From Bigelowiella natans CCMP2755 (lineage: Eukaryota; Protista; Cercozoa), in assembly GCA_000320545.1 (NCBI GenBank), contig ADNK01003097.1:1-52023 (forward strand): DNA of 52,023 bases. Direction: 5' to 3'. The number at the start of each line of letters is the position of its first letter. Positions within the stretch are counted from its first letter, which is position 1. Below the pieces are notes generated by a model, which saw only the letters and a list, made by a program, of their open reading frames with translations, was not told where the DNA came from and ran no database searches. Made by a program: the position numbers and the translations under genes. Positions 27,101 to 39,707 of the stretch are shown here, one piece after another.

Positions 27101-28389
27101 AGTCCAGCAATGGCTGCACCTCTGATGTGTCACATCTGTGTTCATTTGATTTTTCTGTTGCACGTTTCATGCACATGAAAGCTTCCATGTCCTGTCGTCG
27201 AAATCGTGCCCTACGCGCAGCGGCCCGTGCTTCTTTTTCAGAATGTCTAGATGTGCACCACATGCCTACCTGTGAGGATGATGCTCCCTGTGTGCCACGA
27301 CTAGGCGTGCATCTCAGCATCCCATGCAAGTGCGCTTGCAATGCTGTCTGTGTGTTCGTTAGGTCATTTTGTGTTGTTACCTTGCCCTCATGATCATTGG
27401 TGAGGAATTTTGCTTGACTAGCCTGAAATTATTCACCTTCAGCTAGTGGCCATCTGTGTCTATGACTACATTTGTGACGTGTCGCAATGCACAAATCAAA
27501 ACGTATACTTTTTTCACGCCAGCAGCAAACAAAAAGAAGTCCATGTTCTATGCCTATGTGAATGACTGCGCTAAGGTTGTCATTGGAAAAAAAATAAAAT
27601 GATGATAAGTAAACTGTGCATGCCAGCCATCAGCTATCTAGCTATGCATCTATGTATTTAAGCATCTGTTTACGGAAACTTTCGCTCGCGTATGCGCTAG
27701 CTGCTGCTTAGTACCCTCACCGCACAAAAAAAATCACCATCTGTTCGCGGTAGGGAAATACCCCAAAAAATTCTTACCGCAATTTCACCTACTACGAACC
27801 TGTTGCTGAACTTCATAGCGAGAATGACATCGCAAAAATTTGAGGAATAGCACAGAATGCACGCCTTTGTTGAAATGATCTTTGTTAAAATACATCGCAA
27901 AAAAATCATCGCCGAAATTCTGGCCAATCTTCTTCTATTCATTGCGCACGCTGTGTGTTCAAGACTTCATGCCGCAGTGAGGCATCTCGAATAATCTATA
28001 ACACAGGTCCTGAGGTTTGCTTTATCCTAAATTCCGTGTCTCTGCCCTCGAACAACAAATATTTACTGGGACCACGGCCATAATATCTTTCTGAACAAGA
28101 TGCGCTAGCAGTTAGAATTCATTCATACATATAAATATGTACTTTATTCACCAAGTATAACCGAAAGCAATGTCAACAGTATCATGTCATCCTTGCACAG
28201 CTTCTCACATCTAATGCTATGGCAGTAAACCCTTTTAGAAAAGCGTACCGCTGCGGTTTCTGTAGTATTCTGAATTAACATCCGGGCCACTGTAACCACC
28301 GCTGATCAAGTAAGAAGCCTATAAGGGAACGGAAGTGTGTTAGCATGTGGCATGATGTCAACTAACAGATGAGAAACTTTTATCGTCGC

Positions 28390-29859
28390 TCATCGCATGT
28401 CGAACGCATTACGCGCATGCACGCAGATCATAGAAACCAAATGAAAAGCAAACCCAAAATTGATCACCCAACACACCTTTCCGCAGGTAATGCGCAAACA
28501 CTCACTATAAGAAACGAGCTCCCCACAAGTGTTCTGCTTGCGGAGGTCCAATTCAAGTAGGATTTTCAACAGACGCTGCTTGAGGAGTTGCCGAATCTCA
28601 GGGGTCTCAAATCCCCGACACGGCAAACGAGGAGGGCCACGACAAAAAGAACATCCATCGTACAGCGTCGCATATGAACCGCTGCTTGTGTAGAATTTTG
28701 TGCCTCTAATACAATTATGAGGACCCTGACCACTGTAGGTTCCCCCCCAGAATATGATGGGATTTCCCTTGATGATTTCAAGCTCAAAGGAGTATCGTTC
28801 GCCAAACTTGGTCAGTTCCAGGGGAATCTTGATAGTTGAAGGCCACTGCAGATGACGGAGCCGATCTGGGAGCGGCGGTAGCGGCGTGACCCACTTCACG
28901 TGCCAGTGGTCCCTCATTGCCTTCACGATGACTGCTTCCTTTAAATAATGGCCGTAAAAGTTTTTGTAACGAGTATTTCCTGGTTTACATGGCCAATAAG
29001 GCGTCGGCTCGCTTTTGGAGTTGGTCATTGCCCATACAGAATATCCGCCGATGGCATCACAGAATGCATTGTACCCCCCAACATCGCGCACGAGGTTTTT
29101 GAACCCTCCCCAGACCTTAATAAGCTCGCCGTCGCTGACGAGTGTTTTTAGGCCACCAACACTCTCTACAAAGACTGCTATGCCGCCAACAGCTTCCAAC
29201 AATTCACGGCATCCTCCAGCAATACTCACAAGACCCTGCAACCCCCCACAGCCCTTCTTGAGCGCCTGGTAGTCACCAGCGTGTCTCACAACGACCGCGA
29301 ACCCACTTTTGCCCCTTGGACGCCGATCGTCTTCCCTCTCCTTTTCTTCTCCTATTCCGTCCTTCCCGAAGCCTTCTGAAGCAGCCACTCTGAGGAAGTT
29401 CCGAAACCCTCCCGCGAGGGGCAGTTCAGCGCGCAACATTCCGGGGGAATGCAACACATGTCGTAAACCACGTAAGAGCCTGCTCGCAGCCTGATTCTCC
29501 CATTTCTCATCGACACCGCTACGCTCGTTCTGGATTTTCACGAGCCTCTGCACTTGCAATGAAAGGTCTTGAATCTGACATTTTGCTTGTTGCATTTCCT
29601 TACGGACCTCCTTGAGCTCGCCCAGGGCATTAAACCATCCCTTGTACTTCTGCGACAGCTCAGCCCTAAGCTCCTGGATCTCTTCGCGGAGCTCCTTGAC
29701 AACCTGCAGTTGCTTTACTTCCCCCTCTTCGCGCTTTCTCTCCTGCTGCATAATCTCATTGATTTGTTTGTCGACGTCCGATTGTTTGTCCGCGGAGGGG
29801 TCTGGAGATGGTTGGCGCTGAAACAGTGACAACAACCGAGCCGGCAAGAAAGCCTGCAT
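28390..29859 (-). CDS. Hypothetical protein in a long uninterrupted ORF: coiled coil, GG-periodic helical repeats, possible Tudor-like segment; may splice to further exons toward ~27700
   Basis: About 490 codons open from MQAFLPA. Heptad-rich region VDKQINEIMQQE...RLVKIQNE, repeats GGLQGLVSIAGG/GGIAVFVESVGG/GGFKNLVRDVGG/GGYNAFCDAIGG, and an aromatic beta-rich segment YKNFYGHYLKEAVIVKAMRDHWHVKWV. Confidence 0.7.
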   Translation of the reverse strand: MQAFLPARLLSLFQRQPSPDPSADKQSDVDKQINEIMQQERKREEGEVKQLQVVKELREEIQELRAELSQKYKGWFNALGELKEVRKEMQQAKCQIQDLSLQVQRLVKIQNERSGVDEKWENQAASRLLRGLRHVLHSPGMLRAELPLAGGFRNFLRVAASEGFGKDGIGEEKEREDDRRPRGKSGFAVVVRHAGDYQALKKGCGGLQGLVSIAGGCRELLEAVGGIAVFVESVGGLKTLVSDGELIKVWGGFKNLVRDVGGYNAFCDAIGGYSVWAMTNSKSEPTPYWPCKPGNTRYKNFYGHYLKEAVIVKAMRDHWHVKWVTPLPPLPDRLRHLQWPSTIKIPLELTKFGERYSFELEIIKGNPIIFWGGTYSGQGPHNCIRGTKFYTSSGSYATLYDGCSFCRGPPRLPCRGFETPEIRQLLKQRLLKILLELDLRKQNTCGELVSYSECLRITCGKVCWVINFGFAFHLVSMICVHARNAFDMR

Positions 29860-30502
29860 GTTTGTGAAACTGCTGAATTTGAATTTGAACTTGAACACTG
29901 AGGAAGTCTTGAGAAGTCCCAGGTGCAATTGGTAGATCTAGGATGTGGAGTGAGTGAGCAGACGTCGGTAGATCTGCGCAGAACGACGATGTCTTTTCCC
30001 CTCCTCTCTCTCTCTCTAGCACCTCGTCACACACCGCCCACTCATCGAGGAGCTGTGAGCATCATGGATGAGTCCTCCAATAATCTCATGAAATTGCCTG
30101 GGATTTCCCTGTGCGACAAGCTCAAATCCTCAAAAATACCTAGAATACTAGCTGGCGTTGCGTCCCACTCGATGCTGGCGGCCGGGAAGCATGGAAAAGG
30201 AAAGACATGGGGAAGACGAAAAACAGCGAAAATAGGATCGATTTACTACCGGTAGTAGACTACGTGCGCTGGGTGTCCAGATACTATCAAAGAAAGTGGA
30301 CCTAGAATAACCAACAAAAAACCCCGGTAGCAGCAAGGCCAGAGAGTGTTCGTGTTATGGGCCTTCCGTGAACGAAACATCCCCATCCCCTGTCCCACAG
30401 CTACCATCCACCACTAGACTGTTGAAGACGGAGAATCAGAATAAGGAGCAGTCCCGTTATCTTGGGGGACTGCACTGCGGAAAAACCAGCAGAGGACGGC
30501 AG

Positions 30503-31016
30503 ATGGTGACGCATTGTTCTCCATCCACCTTCTTCTTCCTTCCTCTGACCAGCATCATCATCATCTCATGTTTGGTCTCCACGGTCTCCTCAAAATGCAT
30601 GCCACCTAAGCCACTGCTGCGATCTAGAGAGCTTACATTGAATCCAAAATCAAGAAGTGGGCTGCCATCATTATTGAAGAAAAGCCGGATGATGTTGAAA
30701 GCCTGGTATAGCCGCCCGACACCGTTTCGTCTTGGAGATGACATGGGCGCGGATTCTTCAAGCGGTAAAATCGACGACGGTGAACGTAGAGGGGGAAATG
30801 AAGCGATTCGAGGAGAGCAAGATAATCCAATACGGATTCCCAGCAGCAGCAGTAGCAGCAGCAGCAGCAGTAATAACAGGAGATATCGCTTTAAACTACG
30901 ATCAGCTTCACGTTCCCGCCTAATGCAAATCCGAAATGCAGATCAGTCGGATGGTGGTGCTGCACTGCCTGCGGAAGATTCAAGCACGCGAACGAAAGTC
31001 ATTAAACAAAAAGCTC

Positions 31017-31066
<50 letters not shown>

Positions 31067-31068
31067 AC

Positions 31069-31109
<41 letters not shown>

Positions 31110-31968
31110 AGTAAATTATCCGTCCTCTACCCGCCTTTTTGCGATGAATGACCCCAGCTTTCTAAATTGGTGCAGGATGATGTTGCAGCAGAGGCAGGGG
31201 CAAAGACTTTAGTTGGGTTCTTTCCTAGGATGGGAGCAAATGAGTCAGGACCGAGTAGAATTCGAGCTTGGAGGTAGTAGTAGTAGTAGTAGTTGTAGTA
31301 GTAGTAGCAGACCCCATCTGCCACACATTTCGGACACGGTGAAATATTGCCTTTTTCTAATCGATGCATGTATATGTGAATTCTATCCCCATACTATCCT
31401 AGTCCTCGCAATGGCAACTGATTTGCTGATCGGCACTCGAGCTTCATTTTCGCAATCTTGTTCAATGCTCTGAAATATGCGTGGTATTACAGACTGCACC
31501 AGTGCCTTTCCTGGGATCTCTCCAAAATCGAGCCTCTCCAGAGAGATAAAGAAACCAACCGAACTCGTATCCTAGCCTTCTCTCCTCAGATCGAGCTTGT
31601 GGTAATCGCTTACGAGAATAACAATACTGCAAACCCCTATTTCTCACCTCATCCTCCTCCTCCCCTTTTTGAAAGGATAATCTGGAATATGGGAAAGTAG
31701 ACATGGAGAGAGTGGAGCTCAGGCAAGAGAGGTGACGATAGAATCAGTATTCAGGGGGTGAAGGGGTTCTGGGCGGATGTGGGTGAACGATAGATAGTAA
31801 CAGTAGCTATTTGAAAAGATGCCAGTAGCATTGTACTGTGGTGATGACTAACAACCGAGTACAAATGAAAGTCATGTAGAAACTTAGATGAAGATTAGGA
31901 TGCAGATAAGTGCACATGCCAGTATATTTAAAAAAGGACGTACGCATTTGCGCGCGCACATTAAGTAA

Positions 31969-32017
<49 letters not shown>

Positions 32018-32353
32018 ATTTAGGGATTACCTCAACTTCATGGACAAGATAAAAGATTTCAATCCGCATGTAATATTGATAACAGCAGCTTCTAAAAAAA
32101 ATAGTTGTTGAAGAACAGGAGCGGCCAACAAGAATGATGAGCTTTTCATCCCCCTCCCTTTCTCCTCAGGTTATAACAATGGACTATGAGGAGTGCAACA
32201 TAGGTTACAGCAAAGAGTCTCGCGGAAAGATGGAGGCAGAACCCGTGGTAGTAATGACAGACAGCTAAGAGGCAGTCATTACTAGTATTTTCAGCTGATT
32301 CATCATGAGTAGAAGCAATATGAAGTAGCTGAGAGAAGATGTGATTTGGACGC

Positions 32354-32397
<44 letters not shown>

Positions 32398-33294
32398 AGA
32401 GAGAGACCGAGAGGATTCGAAGTTAACGCGCCAAGTGATAGTACCTGTTATGCTTTATTAATACAGATCAAAGCCATCCAGCAAGCTATCGATGATGGTG
32501 AGATTGATCCTCAATACTTCATTATTCTTGGAGATCTGGTACTGTGTTGTAATAAGCTGATATTAATTATATATACTTCATATGTTATATTTATTTTACC
32601 TTTTCTTCATTAGCCTACGTTCTCAAAGCACGCTGCATTGGAATACGTAAGCTTCATAAAATGATGATGATGATGATGATGGATGAAATTGATGATATTT
32701 CATAGTAGCACACTCTCACAAAATCGACAAAGAGAGATTTGACCAATGCGCGTTGGGGCGATAATTATGCTGACGATGATGTGGCATTCGTAGCAAACCG
32801 ATGGATGGATGATAAAGAGATACTTCGGAGATTGGTTGCAGTTACCAAGGTTATCTAATGATTTCGTCATATTGCGAGCCATATTCGTGTCGGATTCTCA
32901 GCAGAATTGCCTCCATATCCAGGAAAGCCGATTACTGGTTTCAAGTCGATGACATCATACAGTATTACAGGTGATTTTACGACAATGCTCTAAGAACCGC
33001 AACGTGCCATTTGGGTGTATTACATTGAACGATTCCTGATGTCGATGAAGCAACATTATCCTTCTCTCCCATCAGAGACGTATACGAAAATAAGAAATGG
33101 CCTGTGCACGAACGATGGGCGCACATACTGCCACAAAGGTGTGTGAATGAGTCAGAAGTTGAGAGGGGGATGATTATATAAAGTCAGATTTTCCTATATT
33201 TCGTAGGCATTTTGATGATCCATTATTGGACGGAGATGATAATAGCACATTCGTAAGGACCCCCCTCGGCTTCCCTCAAATTTATACGATGTAA
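30503..33294 (+). CDS. Hypothetical multi-exon protein with a bipartite (signal plus transit-like) leader
   Basis: MVTHCSPSTFFFLPLTSIIIISCLVSTVSS is followed by an R/K/S-rich segment. Later exons give IKAIQQAIDDGEIDPQYFIILGDL, LTNARWGDNYADDDVAFVANRWMDDKEILRRL, DVYENKKWPVHERWAHILPQ and HFDDPLLDG..QIYTM stop. No family recognised. Confidence 0.55.
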
Positions 33295-33862
33295 AACAGA
33301 AATAGAGTCAATATGAATCTTAAGGATATAAGAACACAGTCTTATCGTTCCATAACGTGGAAGGATGAGTTTACGAATAGCTGACTTTTGACATATGCAA
33401 GTATATGCTACGCATGTTTTTCATCGGCTGCCATGGCATGCTACTACTACAGTGATCTAGTATCATTAAGCATCCGAAATAGCATCATGGTGGGTTGCTG
33501 TAGATAAGGACTTGCTGACACTACTGGGGTATAGTGTAATCATCGTAAACATTACAATGTAAGAAAGAATAACACGCACGTATATGTCCCTAATCGTGCT
33601 AGCTAGATAGAATAGCTGCGCTATCGCGACATCTATCTAGGTGTTTGACGCGGCAATAAAACACTCCAGACCTCCAGCTGCTTCGACACAGACACACTAG
33701 CATACACAAAGATGTCTACCATGTAGATATATGCATGTATGTCTGAGCACAGCGTCTGAAAATGGGCGACACGTATAGCACATAACATGTATGTAGTGGT
33801 GTATGTAATTGCGCTATCCGTGCTTACATCTGAAATATGTTTATACATGTTACATTGTCACA

Positions 33863-34434
33863 TTAAGTATGGGCGTCGTTACTTATTTTTTTTACAACGA
33901 AAATTCCATTCTTGATCTCCTCAATATGACCATTCCACTCCGCCATGACATCTTCTGCTGCTCTCTCAAACCCCATCTTTTCGAACCAAGCCACAGCACC
34001 AACATCAGCTGAAGAAACAATGAAGCGTATTGATCCAGGAAAGCGGATGTGAATGTCGTCTTTGAGAGCTTTCATAAGCTGAGAAGCATGTCCTTCCCTC
34101 TGCCTATCTTCTCTAATTGCACACAAGCAGATTTCAACCGATGTGTTATCTCGAATAGGCCGGTAGGTGAGGCCACCGATGACATTGTCATCTTCATGGA
34201 CAATGAGGGACGTGCAGCCACGATCGTAGAGGATCTGAAATAATGAGAATGGCAACCTGATTATGGCAATGCTTGTTCTCAAAACCAAAACTTTGGCCAA
34301 CCTTTTTTAGACCCGATATGCCAAAATTCGGGATTTGACTATCGTATATTTCACGCAATCTTGCCATCATCATAAAATTTCCTATTGGAGTCCTTGCCTT
34401 GCCAATAGAACTTTGATTTCTGAATGTATAACAG
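33863..34434 (-). CDS. GCN5/PCAF-like GNAT acetyltransferase domain with no bromodomain; 5' exons probably extend toward ~34816
   Basis: Spliced sequence MARLREIYDSQIPNFGISGLKK/ILYDRGCTSLIVHEDDNVIGGLTYRP..VEICLCAIREDRQREGHASQLMKALK..SSADVGAVAWFEKMGF..WNGHIEE aligns by eye with the GCN5 HAT pattern VIGGI.FR...EIVFCA...Q.KGYG..LM..LK...TYAD..A.GYF.KQGF. Confidence 0.82.
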
Positions 34435-34995
34435 GAGAATAAAAGGTGGTCAGAGACCTTTATTTAGTACGACTTTAGCGCGTTTGGAAATCTTACCAAA
34501 CATCAATGATGGTTTTGAATAGAATTATAGATATGATGACCTTATTGAGACTGATCTTCCTTCGAAAACTTCGATAGTGTAGCCTTGACCTGTTAATTAA
34601 AAGGCATGGCATCCTTGAACAATTCTAGAGGTAACTTTGCAGTGATTGGATTTCTCTATCGCCGAAGTAGTATGTGTGATATTTAAACGCTTTTAAACGC
34701 TGAATGTTCCGAGTTCTAAGCCGCAGCCAACAGCCATCCCACAAATATGGTGTGGATGCTATTGAGGCCGTCTTCTCAAGATCGATCATCATCCGCATTG
34801 CTCCGTCGCGGTGCATATCTGGGAAGATCTTCCAAGTCTGAATTACAGCATCCCTGCCACTACCCGGGAATTTATATTTTGGCCTCCAATTGGGGGGGGA
34901 AACGAGCAAAGACAAACTTACTCGGAAAAAGAACGGAGCACAGCCGAACAGCCTCCGACAGCCCTCACACAGCACCCCCCACACGAGCACCTTTC

Positions 34996-37900
34996 ATGAC
35001 CACGACCGTCGAGATCGACCCCCTGCTTAAGCGACTACGGACTTTGTTAAAGGTCCTTTAGTGCAAGCAACCTGACTTTGCTTGGTTATAACAGCGTTTG
35101 ATTGTTTTCAAGGAGAGAGATTTGGCGGCCTACATCATCCCTTCCTCCGATGAGCACCAGAGCGAGTATTCCACGTGAAGCAGATATAATATGAGCCCGC
35201 ACTTATTCGATTCGATATTCAATTCTCATCATTTTCACCATTCTCACCGCTCTCACCCATCCTTCCTTCACCTTCGAAACTAATATACTCGTTCTCATTT
35301 TAAAGATATGTTTCCGCATGCGACGAAAGAAGGGCCTTTATCTCGGGTTTCAACGGTTCTGCGGGTATTGTACGCACATACGAATACTATTCTATTTCCA
35401 ACCAGTTCGATTGTTTTTGAAAGGGACATGTGTGGTAACTACGACTGGCGACAGTGATGGTGGGGAGGCACTGCTATGGACAGACGGAAGATACTTCCTT
35501 CAAGCAGATCAGCAGCTTAAGAAGGTAATTTGTAATTTCTTTGCCAGACTCATTAAGTTGCTATCCTTAATACTTTGAGTTATAAAATGATTGAAATGAT
35601 TTATCAGGGCTGGAAATTAATGAAACAGGGAGAAAAGGGAGTTCCGACTTTGTCGACATGGTTATTCATTCATGCAATCCCATAGCTGTAGGCCAATATC
35701 TGTTTTACAACTGTGCATTACAATCTACCACTAGGATTTCAAAAAACGTGAAAGGCTGTGTCGGAATCGATCCCAAAGTCTATTCAATAAAGTAATAATG
35801 CAAGTTAAACAAGAAGTTAAGAAGACGAGACTAATCCATAAGTTTTTGCAGCTACTCGTGCCATGCTTTCCGCCCCACCTTGAGACACATTCGGTGTTAA
35901 TCGATTTTTATATTTATTTAGCTCCTACATGGATCTTAAAGCGAAACTGCCCAAAGAAACTGGTAACATGTCCCTAGTTGCAAAATATTTTCAAAAAACT
36001 GTAGCGAGTTCTAAAATACATGTTCTGATTCTTTTAAGTGCGGAGCATCATATACTCGAAGTTGTAGTAGCATCTAGAAAATAACCGTTACTTTTTGTAT
36101 TTGATATATTTGTCTGATGATGATCTAGGGAAGGTTGTGTGTGTGGAGGAGAACTTAATCGACATCTTGTGGGGGGACAACCGTCCAAAGAGGCCTGCTA
36201 ACAAAATAGAAGTGCACCCGGTAGTACTCACTACAACCCATATAAGATGGATGTCCACATTAGAGGAAGAGATGGAAAAAAAGATCAAGACACTATGAAA
36301 AGGAAACAAACCAGAAAACTTGGAAATGGCCATTTGAGAAATGCTGTAAATGAGAAATGAATTGGAAACAGGTATCAGCCGCTGGTGTATCAGCTAAGGA
36401 CAAGATTCAAAATTTGTGCCAAAAAATGGAAAAGGTGCGGCTGAATTTTTGAATCTCCTGATTTCATCTACCCTTTTGCTAACTTGCATAATCGTCATCA
36501 CCACGCCACCCCCGCTATCACCTTGATCATGATTCATTGTTGACATGACAACTAATTAAACGAAGGAGAGTACAGAGTTGATGGTAATTGCGGCATTGGA
36601 CGAAGTTGCGTATTTGCTCAATCTAAGGTGTTAGTTGTAGTATTAGTGGTGGTGGTGGCGGTGAACCATATCAAGTAATAATATGATAACGCAAACAGAG
36701 ACTCGTCTAAACATCTAGTTGATGCGATCGTCGTTCCCTCTCTTCATCATCATCTTTTTTTTTTTATTGTTATTATCATTATTATTATTTGTATTTTTCC
36801 TATTGGGCAGAGGCTCTGATATTGCATACAATCCCGTCTTCTATGGATATGTGGTGCTACTCTCCCCCACACCATCAATGGAAGAAGATGGAGAAAAGAA
36901 AAAGGGGAGGATGACAACGGCAATTCTCTACGTGAACTCTGCACAGATACAAGGAGACAAGAAGTAAGATGATAACAAAAACAGCAGGATGCACCACCAT
37001 TGGCGGAAAATCGTGTATTATTCACGTGGTTATAATACATCAACCATTTGCGCTATCATCATCAGGCTACAGGAGCATTTGAAGAAGAGTGGCGTCACCA
37101 TTCGTAATATCGATATGTTGGGAAATGACTTGAAAGAATTCCCTAAGAAGAGAGCTTCCCTTGATCCTGGTACATTAACTGTTATACTAGTTATTCTCTC
37201 CGCCGGTTTTGCCGCTTGTTGCGCCTGGGTAGCAACAGTAGCTACAAGCCTCGGTTCATACCCAACGCACCCACTCAGGCAAGTGCTCGGTATGGCTTCA
37301 AAATATGATTGGCGGCGGTAATGAAAATGAGGATGCAAAGAGCAACAAAACAATGATTGAACACGAAAGCTCTCCTGGTAAACAGAAGCTTGGTTGTCAT
37401 TGATACTACAGCAGTGCTTCGACGCCCTTCTAGCCTTGCGTGTTCTCCGAAATATGAATGATTTCTTGTTTTGGTAGTTGCGTATATGAAGGCTGTGAAG
37501 AATGAGACTGAAATCAAGGGAATAATAGAGGTAAGAGACTTGTAGTGGTGTCGGAGGGAGTGATTGTTGTTGTAATAGAGTCTAGAAATGAAGGCTTTTG
37601 TGATGATATTGGGGTATCGATTCAGATAATGGAGGTAGAGGTCGTAGTCTATGTACCATCTATGCTCGTGGTTTTGATTTCCCTTGCGTGTGGCAGCGAA
37701 TCTAGCCATCTTTTTTGCGTATCGTATCCGTGTGAGAGTTGTGTGTATGTTTGTGCGTGTGTTTGTGTGTGACGTGAGTGATTTGTTGGAGTGAGTGCTG
37801 CTTTACTTGGCGTCAACATGCTTTGTCATACACCATGGCAACGATTATGTCGATGATGATGAATGGTGTGGAAAATCTCCGTTAGGCACATGAGCAGGAT

Positions 37901-38099
37901 GCTGCCTCTCTGACCCGATTTCTCTTCTGGATCGAGCAACAAGCAAAAGATCTATTTGCCAATAGCAACAGCGATGGAGACGAAAAGAACCATGAGGAAA
38001 AGAAGGCGAAGACAATCGAGGTTGTACGATTAATTGTAGCGTTGTCAGTTGATGATCAACAACTCGATATTAAGATCGTTGTTGTGAGGTATTCATGTT

Positions 38100-38143
<44 letters not shown>

Positions 38144-39676
38144 CACACACAAACACACAAATTAGGATCATAATAATGAGGGCAGAGCTGCTGCCTCCTC
38201 ATCGAATAAGACTACCGTCTCCTCTGCAGCCAGGGAGAAGAGGATCGATACGTTTGATGAGTATTTCCTTGCGAAGACCGTGGAGGTCATGATCATTGCG
38301 TTTGGAAGAGTCTAAGCCATCATTCATCATTAACCTCCCCTCCCCTCCCCCTTCCTTTAGAAATTCAGGGCGGATGGCAGTTCGGAGTTTGTGGGTCCTT
38401 CGTTCGCCACAATATCTTCCTTTAAAGCCAACGGTTACCCAGCGATGTAGAAGAAGAGTGATGAGTCGCAGCGACCAATAACAATTAAAGAGAGGAATTT
38501 GTGTTGATTTCATAACTTAGTAGTGGTACCATGTCTGGTGGATTTTCGGTGTTTGTTGTGGATAAAAGGTGCTATAATTCACTATAAACCCGAGAAGGAA
38601 ACAGCAGCTAAAGTCACGAACAAGGGCCTGTATCTTCTTGATAGTGGGGGACAGTATAAGTGCGGCGGCACTACGGATGTCACACGCACGGTCGGTAGTA
38701 GTACTAGTAGTAGTAGTACCAAAGTGATGATGCAGAAATAGGTCGTTAGTAGTACTGGTAGTTGTAGTAGTCATATTTATCATTTCCTAAAAGAGGAAAA
38801 CGAAATAGCTTCTGCCCTTCTCCACGGCAGTCGTCATCTCGGAGAGAGAGAGAGCAAACTAGCGGTGTTCTCACACCTCTTATTATCATCATCACGATTT
38901 ATGCATCAGGCACTTTCGCGGTGTTTGTCTCCTTTTCTTGTTCTGGAGTGGCCCATTATCATCATTGATATTCGTATTGGTATTGGTAGGTCCACCTTGG
39001 AACACCAACGGAACTTGAAAGGAGGTGCTTTACAAGAGTTCTACAAGGACACATAGCCTTGGTATGGCCATCGTAACAGATTGCAGCAGTAGTTCAACAG
39101 CAAATTATCTCGAGATTTATTGTTCCTATCCTCCTCCTGTGCTCGTTCTCCCCCCCTCTTTCTCTTCTCTGCTCACAATCTTTCACAACATTTTAGCAGA
39201 CATTAGAATGTGAGACTGAAATTGTTGCATCATCGACGTCAGCGTCATTGATACTTTTGAGTGCTTCTCGATGGTAGGCATCGGTGATATTTTTGACTGT
39301 TTCTCGATGGTAGGCGTCGGTGGAATTTCCCGAAGGGACTCCTGGACCTAAGCTTGACGTGTTAGCGAGACATGCTCTTTGGAAGGTAGGATAAAGATGA
39401 AGAAAGTGCTTTATCATCATCGTCACCATCCCTTCAGCGGTTTTTAAATTATTATGTTGGAAGGATAAGTTAGATGATGATCGATCTATGCATTAGATAT
39501 TCATTGTTTCTCACAATCCTCCTCATCATCATCATCATCATCACCATCATCATGATCATCTCCACTATCACTACTATCAGGATGGGCTTGACTATAGACA
39601 CGGGACAGGTCATGGAGTGGGATCCTACCTGAATGTTCACGAGGTAATAGTAGCAGCAGCAGTAGAAGAAGAAGAA

Positions 39677-39707
<31 letters not shown>

